From assembly GCA_017649705.1 (NCBI GenBank), contig JAGCGH010000032.1, positions 1 to 53,017 of the forward strand: a stretch of DNA of 53,017 nt, in the 5' to 3' direction. The stretch comes from a bacterium (lineage in GTDB: Bacteria; Auribacterota; UBA3054). Position numbers and translations under genes: made by a program. The first letter of the stretch is position 1. The number at the start of each line of letters is the position of its first letter. The notes beneath the pieces are model-generated. The model was not told the origin of the DNA. It saw only the letters and a list, made by a program, of their open reading frames with translations, and did not search any database. Positions 17,460 to 24,647 of the stretch are shown one piece after another.

Positions 17460-19658
17460 ATGAAATGTATTGTTTTATTATTTATTTGTTTTTTAGCGGT
17501 CTTGTCAGCTTACGGTGCAAAGATAACTAAAAATGACTTTCAAAACGATTACAAGCTGCCGGTGGTCATAGATGTTCCCAATTATGATGATGTGAAAAAA
17601 GGGTATGAGATCCAGGAACAGATATTGCAGCCGGGTGATTATTATCAAAGCGGAAAAGACGAAAACGGTTTCATTTTTAAACAATATGGCTTGATGCCAG
17701 GTTTAGCTACTAATAAAATGTTGCTTGAAAACGCAAAAATTCCGAACTATTTTCAGGCGCTGAATGATTCAAGGCAAAGCGAATACCAGATATTGAAAAA
17801 TGGCGTCAACGCAATAATTATTACTAATTGTGTTTCAATGGCACCGAAGCTTATGGAGGTTAAATATACCCCTAATTTTATAACATCAAATGCTTTTTTC
17901 ATTTCAAATCTTACTGAAACAAATGTTTTATATACTCTTGTCGCTTCAAATCGCGGCCCCCAAATTTTATTTTTAAACACGGATTTAGATCGCAAGGGAA
18001 ACATGTATTTTTTTATGCTGAAACCCAAACAAACAGCTAAATTTTACTTGATATTTAATTTCCTTGAACTGCCTAATTTTGTTGAGAAAAGCAGATTTGA
18101 TGTTGCTTTATATATTGGCTATTATTATCCTCATAATCATATGTTTGGAAATTTGAAAGTTGGAGAAATTATGCCTTTTATTAAGAACGAAAATTATAAA
18201 GCTCCGCAATCACCTATTATAATTTCTCCCTCAAACGGTAGTCGTTTTACAACTTTGAAAGATGTCAAATTTATTTTTAAAAGCAATATTAAAAACAAGT
18301 CAAGATATATTGCTGAACCTAATGGTAAAGGAGAAAGAATTGATTTGAATGGGACTCTTTATAAAATAAATTCAAATGACTCAATTAATTTAAATTTAGT
18401 TGCTCCTTACCTGAATGATATTAGCGCTGAATTGGCAGCTTTAAAAAAATACAACAAAATTAATAAAGATGATGAATTTTTCTTTATCAAAAATCGTAAT
18501 GTTAGTCCGGGTAATTACATATGGAGAATTACTAAACAGAGCTTTGATGACAAAACTGTTGTTTCCGACTGGGGCTGGCTTTCCGTTGGAGAAAAGATAT
18601 CTAAACCAAAAGAACGGCCGCCCAAAGGGCGTTCAATTGCCAAAAACATGCTACAATATTCAAAAAAATATAAATTTTTCTTTTGTATCGAAGAATATAC
18701 AAAAGGCATTGCCTTGGAGGGAAATAATATGAGCTTGGCCTCACTAAGCAACGCTTATTTTGCTTTCCCTTTGCCAAAAGGAATAAAATTGGAGCCTAAA
18801 AAGTATGGCGGCTATTTTACCGGTGTTCCTGAAGAAGTCGGCCGTTTTACCAATTATTGGATAGGTATTAATCGAAACAGTTTTTGTAATGTAGAGACGC
18901 AGAAATACATTTTTGTTGTGCACAACGATCAGAATAAGATAGTGTCTCGCTCGCTGTATCATTTGAATAAGGGTGCAATCGTTCATGATCTTACGGTAAA
19001 TGTTCCCTTTAATTTCAAAGCGAAAGAATATTACGATGAATTCTATAAAAAGGACGGGCTTGAATTTGATGCGAAGGCGGAAACAAAATTCCAGTCTTTA
19101 TTGCCTTTGGGATTAAGCGAGGAGAGAAAAGCAGACGGAGATTTTGCGATCATCGGCACGCCCAAAGAGGGCGGAATTTTCACTAATGTTTTAGTTATAA
19201 GTAGCAACGATTCATCTATTGAGCAAAAACATATATTTAGAATCCAGGATATCGGGGAGCCTCCGGCGCAGAAAAAGATAAGGAAACAAGACAGCATCGA
19301 GAACGACTGGTACGATCAGAGCAGAATAATTTATCATAACTGTTATATAGGAATTGAGACTTATTATTGTCTAGCCAACGATGTGTTCTGGTATAAGCCA
19401 AAAGAATTCACCAAAGAATTCCAATATGAGCTGCTAAATGAACTGCCAAAGGGCTTAAAGATAGCAATGCATGAACCTGATAAGAGATATGACTACTACA
19501 AGCTTCCTCCGCTAATTTCAATTTGCGGGGAACCCCAGGAAGAGGGAGTGTTTACCACCGTGATCAAATATATAGAAAACGGTAGGGAATTTGAGAGAAA
19601 ACACATTTTCAGGATCAGGAAAGAGCCCAGGAGTTACGAGGTTTATGATGTGGACTAG
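17460..19658 (+). CDS. secreted protein with Fn3-like and three He_PIG-like Ig repeats
   Basis: Signal peptide, RBS AAGGAG; APQSPIIISPSNG..PGNYIWRI; repeats LPKGIKL..FTGVPEEVGRFT, LPLGLSE..IIGTPKEGGIFT, LPKGLKI..ICGEPQEEGVFT. Confidence 0.7.
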   Translation: MKCIVLLFICFLAVLSAYGAKITKNDFQNDYKLPVVIDVPNYDDVKKGYEIQEQILQPGDYYQSGKDENGFIFKQYGLMPGLATNKMLLENAKIPNYFQALNDSRQSEYQILKNGVNAIIITNCVSMAPKLMEVKYTPNFITSNAFFISNLTETNVLYTLVASNRGPQILFLNTDLDRKGNMYFFMLKPKQTAKFYLIFNFLELPNFVEKSRFDVALYIGYYYPHNHMFGNLKVGEIMPFIKNENYKAPQSPIIISPSNGSRFTTLKDVKFIFKSNIKNKSRYIAEPNGKGERIDLNGTLYKINSNDSINLNLVAPYLNDISAELAALKKYNKINKDDEFFFIKNRNVSPGNYIWRITKQSFDDKTVVSDWGWLSVGEKISKPKERPPKGRSIAKNMLQYSKKYKFFFCIEEYTKGIALEGNNMSLASLSNAYFAFPLPKGIKLEPKKYGGYFTGVPEEVGRFTNYWIGINRNSFCNVETQKYIFVVHNDQNKIVSRSLYHLNKGAIVHDLTVNVPFNFKAKEYYDEFYKKDGLEFDAKAETKFQSLLPLGLSEERKADGDFAIIGTPKEGGIFTNVLVISSNDSSIEQKHIFRIQDIGEPPAQKKIRKQDSIENDWYDQSRIIYHNCYIGIETYYCLANDVFWYKPKEFTKEFQYELLNELPKGLKIAMHEPDKRYDYYKLPPLISICGEPQEEGVFTTVIKYIENGREFERKHIFRIRKEPRSYEVYDVD

Positions 19659-19749
19659 ACTATAAAATTTTATTGGGGCTATTATATTTTCAAAAGGCAA
19701 TATTTGCATTGTGTTAAACAATCTTTATATTTACTTGATAAAACTTTAA

Positions 19750-21234
19750 TCACACAAACTCCGCCATGACGATGTTGGCGAGTTCAACGCCGCGGCGGGT
19801 GAGTTTCAGGGTGCTGCCTTTGCAGGTCACGAGTTTGCGGTCGGAGAGGTCTTCTATTTGTTTTTGGAATAATTCTTCATCTTGGGGCGTCAATTTGACG
19901 CCCTCGCTTTTTCTGAGGCCGAGGTAGATGCGTTCCCCGAGTTTTTGGATCTTGTTGAGGGGTTTGGCGGTGATCAATTTCCAGGCTTGGTCCATGCGGG
20001 CGCGCCTTGCAATGTTTCGATAGGGGAAGCGGCAGTAGCTGTGGGCGCCGGGGCCTAAGCCGAGGTAGTGTTTCTCGGTGTCCCAGTAAGTGGAGTTGTG
20101 GCGTGAATAGTAATTGGGTTTTGCGGCGTTGGAGATCTCGTACATCTCGTAGCCCTGTTCTTTTATGAGTTTTCTGGCCAGCCAGTATTCTTTCATGGTC
20201 ACGGCGTCGCTAGGGAGCGTCGGATTCTCCTTTTGGAGAGGCGTGCCTTTTTCCACTGAGAGGGCGTAGAAGGAAATGTGCTCGGGATGCCAGGAGAGGA
20301 GTTCTATTACGCTTTTTTGCCAGGAGGAGATGGTTTGATGCGGCAGGCCGTACATGAGATCTAAGGAAATGTTTTCGAAGCCGTTTTTCCTGAGCGTTTG
20401 GTAGGCTTCTTTCGCTTGCTGGGCGGTGTGCAGGCGGCCCAGGTAATGGAGCTCGTTATCCTGGAGGGACTGGACGCCCAGGCTTATTCTGTTTACGCCG
20501 GCTTGTTGCCAGAATTTTAGGTCCTCAGGGCGAAATGCGGCGGGGTTCGCCTCCAGGGTGCATTCGATATTATCGGGCCAGCGAACGGCCGCTTTTACGG
20601 CCTCAGAGATTCTCAGAAGGGCATCGCCGGGGAGAAGAGAGGGCGTTCCTCCGCCGAAATAAACGCTGGATAATTCCCGGTAGGGCATGAGGGGAAGAAG
20701 CGTTCTGATTTGATGGATGAGCGCTTCGGCGTATTCCTGAATTTCGTTGTTTTGCGGAGGATGACTATAGAAGGCGCAGTAGCGGCATTTTCTTAAGCAG
20801 AAGGGGACGTGGATGTAGAGCGCCAGTTTTTGGGGAGGGGCGGTCCTGGGAAGGGAGATCTGTTCCGCCAGGGCTTTGGCAAGGGGAATGTCGTTGGGAA
20901 GAAGAGCGTATTTTGCGAGGTCTTCTCTTTTTACCCAGGCTAATTTGGCGTGCTCCAGGGGAACGGGCTCGGAGCCTTGGAGTTTGGCGCTGACGCCCAC
21001 CAATCTTATGTTGGTGGTCTTGTCATAGACGATGCCGGTGGGGATGATGTCGGCGGCGAGCTCTTCTTTGATCTCGCGTTGGGCGCATTGGGCGAAGGTC
21101 TCGCCGGGCTTTCTTTTACCGCCGGGAAATTCCCAGCCGCCGGGCTTTCCCGGTTTATCGAGGCGCAGCGCCAGAAGTATCCTGCCTTTATCTTCGATGA
21201 CCGCCGCGGATACTTCAATTGGGTCGTTATTCAA
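19750..21234 (-). CDS. hemW: fusion of MutT-like NUDIX hydrolase and radical SAM heme chaperone HemW
   Basis: N-terminal Nudix box GGKRKPGETFAQCAQREIKEELA; then LYIHVPFCLRKCRYC, YFGGGTPS, EANP, RISLGVQS, DLMYGLP, YEISN, HNSTYW. Confidence 0.9.
   Translation of the reverse strand: MNNDPIEVSAAVIEDKGRILLALRLDKPGKPGGWEFPGGKRKPGETFAQCAQREIKEELAADIIPTGIVYDKTTNIRLVGVSAKLQGSEPVPLEHAKLAWVKREDLAKYALLPNDIPLAKALAEQISLPRTAPPQKLALYIHVPFCLRKCRYCAFYSHPPQNNEIQEYAEALIHQIRTLLPLMPYRELSSVYFGGGTPSLLPGDALLRISEAVKAAVRWPDNIECTLEANPAAFRPEDLKFWQQAGVNRISLGVQSLQDNELHYLGRLHTAQQAKEAYQTLRKNGFENISLDLMYGLPHQTISSWQKSVIELLSWHPEHISFYALSVEKGTPLQKENPTLPSDAVTMKEYWLARKLIKEQGYEMYEISNAAKPNYYSRHNSTYWDTEKHYLGLGPGAHSYCRFPYRNIARRARMDQAWKLITAKPLNKIQKLGERIYLGLRKSEGVKLTPQDEELFQKQIEDLSDRKLVTCKGSTLKLTRRGVELANIVMAEFV
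19752..19794. repeat. right direct repeat (att-like), functional hemW 3' end
   Basis: Identical to 12700-12742; completes the gene with TGA (19750-19752). Confidence 0.97.
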
Positions 21235-22480
21235 AGCGCTTGAAGAGAAGGACGGCGTTGTGGCCGCCGAAGCCGAAGGTGTCGGACATGGCCGCGCGGA
21301 TCTTTAATTCCCGGGCTTTGTTGGGGACATAGTCCAGGTCGCATTCCGGATCGGGCTCCTCATAGTTGATGGTGGGGGGAACGATGCCGGTCTCGATGGC
21401 TTTGACGCAGAAGACGGCCTCAATGCCGCCGCAGCCCGCCACGCAGTGTCCCGTCATGGATTTGGTGGAAGAGACGCAGAGCTCTCGGGCGTGATCGCCG
21501 AAGACTGTCTTGATGGCGTTCGTTTCCATGACGTCGTTGTGGTGGGTGGAGGTGCCGTGGGCGTTGATGTAATCGACGGTGTTGGGATCTATTTCGGCTC
21601 TTTCGATGGCCTGGCGCATGGCCAGGGAAACGAAGGATCCGGTAGGCTCTGGGGCGGTCACGTGATAGGCGTCCGTGGATTGTCCGACGCCGCCTAATTC
21701 GCAGTAGATTCTGGCGCCTCGCTTCTTGGCGTGGGCGAGAGTCTCAAGCACGATGACGCCGGCGCCTTCGGAAATAACGAAGCCGGATCTGTTGCGGTCG
21801 AAGGGTCGGCTCACTCTTGTGGGGTCGCCGTCGCCGTCCCAGGCGGAAAGGGCGCGCATGTTTGCGAAGGTGGCGATGGAGAGCTTGCAGACCGGGGCTT
21901 CCGAACCGCCGCAGATGGCGATCTGTTCAAAGCCGGCTCTTAGTCTCAAAAAAGCGGTGGAGATGGCGTCGTTGCCGGAGGCGCAGGCGGTGGCCACGCC
22001 GCAGGTGAAGCCGTGGATGCCGTAGCGCATGGCTATGGTATGGGCGCCAACGTCCGCCGTCCCGGAGGGGACCAGAAAAGGCGTGACGCGGCCCGGACCT
22101 TTCTCGAACATGACGCCGCAGGTCTTCTGGATGTTGTCGATGCCGCCGATGCCGGAGCCCATGATTATGCAGACGTCGTGATTGTCGCCGCGGGTGGCGA
22201 AATCTATTCCGCTGTCGCGGACGGCTTCCATGCCGGCGTTGACGGCGTGGAGGACCGAGCGGTCGTAGCGGGCGGCGTCTCTTTCGCTGAATCCGCCGGG
22301 CGAAGGATCGTAATGGCACTCGCCGGCGATGTGGACTTTGTTGTCGGTGGAATCAAAAAGCGTGATAGGGCCGATACCAGATCTGCCGTTTATGACGCTA
22401 TCCCAGTTCTCGGCGACCCCGTAGCCCGTGGGGGCGACGGCGCCGAGGCCGGTAACTACAATTCTTTGTTCATCTGTCAT
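21227..22480 (-). CDS. fabF: beta-ketoacyl-ACP synthase II
   Basis: RIVVTGLG, ATACASG (catalytic C), INAHGTST, STKSMTGH, FGFGGHN; start at ATG 22480. Confidence 0.95.
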   Translation of the reverse strand: MTDEQRIVVTGLGAVAPTGYGVAENWDSVINGRSGIGPITLFDSTDNKVHIAGECHYDPSPGGFSERDAARYDRSVLHAVNAGMEAVRDSGIDFATRGDNHDVCIIMGSGIGGIDNIQKTCGVMFEKGPGRVTPFLVPSGTADVGAHTIAMRYGIHGFTCGVATACASGNDAISTAFLRLRAGFEQIAICGGSEAPVCKLSIATFANMRALSAWDGDGDPTRVSRPFDRNRSGFVISEGAGVIVLETLAHAKKRGARIYCELGGVGQSTDAYHVTAPEPTGSFVSLAMRQAIERAEIDPNTVDYINAHGTSTHHNDVMETNAIKTVFGDHARELCVSSTKSMTGHCVAGCGGIEAVFCVKAIETGIVPPTINYEEPDPECDLDYVPNKARELKIRAAMSDTFGFGGHNAVLLFKRFE

Positions 22481-22559
22481 AGTATAAATATTATAACTTA
22501 TTGCCAGGTGATAATTCAAGACCGAAAGCAAATGGCGTTTGCGATCTTTCCCTATCTGT

Positions 22560-22595
22560 AAAAAAGGGGAGCGCTTTTTTTCGCTCCCCCTTTTT
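22560..22595 (-). terminator. Rho-independent terminator after tRNA-Arg
   Basis: AAAAAAGGGGAGCG..CGCTCCCCCTTTTT, bidirectional A/T runs. Confidence 0.85.
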
Positions 22596-22600
22596 GTGAG

Positions 22601-22677
<77 letters not shown>

Positions 22678-22744
22678 GCGGTGATCTTTTATTACGTAGG
22701 GTAAATTGTATCTAAATGCCTTTTTTAAAGCAAACGGGCGCCTC

Positions 22745-24256
22745 TTAAGCCTCGCCGTTCTCGAAAAGAGCCCTGAGGGCGGTCTTGTAGATCTTGCCCG
22801 TGGCGTTCCTGGGCAGGGCCTCCACGATCCTAAGTTCCCTGGGGATCTTGTAGGGCGCCAGCTTGTCCCTTAAAAACTGCCGCATCTCAAGCTCCGTCAA
22901 GGTCTGCCCTTCCTTCAGGGCCACGAAGGCCACGGGCGTTTCGCCCCTCAGCTCGTCGTTTCTGCCGATGACCGCGACTTCTTTTATGGCGGGATGGCGC
23001 ATGAGGTATTCCTCTATCTCCCTGGGATAGACGTTGAGTCCGCCCACAAGGAGCATGTCTTTCTTGCGGTCTTTTATGGAAAAATAGCCGTCCTCGTCGA
23101 CGAAGCCAAGGTCTCCGGTGTAGACCCAGCCGTCCACGAGAGTCTTTGCGGTCTCTTCCGGCTGGTTGAGATAGGCCAGGAAGTTGGAGGGGCTCTTCAC
23201 GGCGATCTCGCCGACGCTGCCAGTTGGGAGCTCCTTTTTGTCGTCGCTCATTATTTTCATCTCGACGCCTTCCAAGGGGAATCCGATGGTGCCGACTTTC
23301 ACCGGGCCGTGCACGGGGTTGAAGGCGGTGGCGGGGCCGCATTCCGTGGGGCCGTCGCCTTCGGCGATGGTAAGGCCGTACTTAGAAAGGAAGTTTTCGC
23401 CCACCACCGCGGGCAGGGGCGCGCCGCCGGAGACGCAGATGCGCCAGGAGGGGATCTTGGGGGGAGCTTCCACGTTGGCCAGGACGGCGTACATGGCGGG
23501 AACGCCCAGGAAAACAGTGGCCTCTCTCTTCTTCATTTCCTCCAGGACTTTCAGGGGCTGGAAGTTTTCTATGATGAGCATGGTGGAGTGGCAGGACAAA
23601 GTCATGAGAAGGCAGGCGGTGCCGGCGTAGGCGTGGAAAAGAGGAAGGACGGTGACCATCACTTCCCCGGTCTCATGGCAGTCCAGGCCCTTGTGGCACA
23701 TCCTGGCGTTCGCCAAAAGCTGTTTGTCGGTCAAAAGCGCGCCCTTGGGATGCCCGGTGGTCCCGGAGGTGTAGATGCAGACGGCGACTTCCGAAAGGTC
23801 GGAAGGGAAGAAGGGGAGAGCTTTGAGAAGCGCGGGATCGGTCTTTTTAACGCCCACGGAATACTTGCCGAAGGTTATGGTCCCGGCGTCCGTTCCGTTG
23901 ATGGCTTCGCCTTTTCCCGCCACGTGGATGGAAAGGGGAACGCAGGCGTCCTTTATGATGTATTCCAGCTCTTCCCTGGCCAGGCGGTGGTTGACAGGCA
24001 GGACCTTGGCGCCCAGGCGCAGAATGGCGTGGTAGGCGATGACGAAGGAAGGCGAGTTGGGCAGGGCCAGGAGCACGAAGCGGCCTTTAAGATCGCCGAA
24101 ACTATTTAGTTTTCCGGCGAGTTCGCAGACCAGATCGAAGGTCTCCTTGTAAGTCACGGTGTCCTCCCCGAAATACATGTAGGGAGTGTCGGGCCATTTT
24201 TCGGCCGTCTCCTGAAGAAGGGCGGCTATTTTCTTGCTTTCTTTTTGCTCCAGCAT
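22745..24256 (-). CDS. long-chain fatty acid--CoA ligase (AMP-binding)
   Basis: YTSGTTGHPKG, LPLFH, SGGAPLP, TGDLG, DRKKDM, PRNATGKI. Confidence 0.92.
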   Translation of the reverse strand: MLEQKESKKIAALLQETAEKWPDTPYMYFGEDTVTYKETFDLVCELAGKLNSFGDLKGRFVLLALPNSPSFVIAYHAILRLGAKVLPVNHRLAREELEYIIKDACVPLSIHVAGKGEAINGTDAGTITFGKYSVGVKKTDPALLKALPFFPSDLSEVAVCIYTSGTTGHPKGALLTDKQLLANARMCHKGLDCHETGEVMVTVLPLFHAYAGTACLLMTLSCHSTMLIIENFQPLKVLEEMKKREATVFLGVPAMYAVLANVEAPPKIPSWRICVSGGAPLPAVVGENFLSKYGLTIAEGDGPTECGPATAFNPVHGPVKVGTIGFPLEGVEMKIMSDDKKELPTGSVGEIAVKSPSNFLAYLNQPEETAKTLVDGWVYTGDLGFVDEDGYFSIKDRKKDMLLVGGLNVYPREIEEYLMRHPAIKEVAVIGRNDELRGETPVAFVALKEGQTLTELEMRQFLRDKLAPYKIPRELRIVEALPRNATGKIYKTALRALFENGEA

Positions 24257-24375
24257 ATATAAGCTCCTTATCTTTTTTCGATTTTATCAAAAGGCGCCGG
24301 GATTTTTCTATAAAGCGGTCATGGGCGGCGGGAGGGAAAGGGCGCAAGGAAGCGTCTGAAAAGCCGGGATGAGGT

Positions 24376-24384
24376 TGTGGATAA
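24376..24384 (-). promoter_or_regulatory. perfect DnaA box upstream of nrdD
   Basis: TGTGGATAA (reverse complement TTATCCACA). Confidence 0.55.
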
Positions 24385-24448
24385 CTCCTCTCAAAAGCCC
24401 TCCCCCGGGGGCCTAAACGGGCTAAGAAAGGGGCTTCTAGGGGGGCTA

Positions 24449-24477
24449 TTGACTTTCAGGAATGAATGTAATACAAT
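24449..24477 (+). promoter_or_regulatory. sigma70 promoter of nrdDG
   Basis: TTGACT-17 bp-TACAAT. Confidence 0.8.
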
Positions 24478-24485
24478 GGAGGCCC

Positions 24486-24534
24486 ACAATCAATATTGTG
24501 GGTTTTGCGAAAGGCAAAACACAATATCTTGTGG
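24486..24534 (+). promoter_or_regulatory. tandem NrdR boxes
   Basis: ACAATCAATATTGTGG (24486-24501) and ACACAATATCTTGTGG (24519-24534), 33 bp apart, resembling acaCwAtATaTwGtgt. Confidence 0.8.
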
Positions 24535-24647
24535 CGGTGAGCGAAAAAAGCGAAAGCTTCGCGAAGCCTTAAAAAGACAAGTAATAGGAATCATTCCTAA
24601 AAATATTAAACCCAACACCAAGACCCCCAAAGGAAGGACCAAAACTT

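Larger units (their letters stand above)
12743..19749. mobile_element. AT-rich genomic island without integrase, integrated in the 3' end of NUDIX-hemW
   Basis: Flanked by 43-bp direct repeats. GC is far below the host (11/60 G+C at 16321-16380 vs 39/60 at 2161-2220). Four co-oriented cargo genes. Confidence 0.88.

Noticed and set aside
12743-19749. Prophage interpretation of the island
   Set aside because: No integrase, terminase, capsid, portal or lysis genes; the fibre-like protein has a signal peptide.
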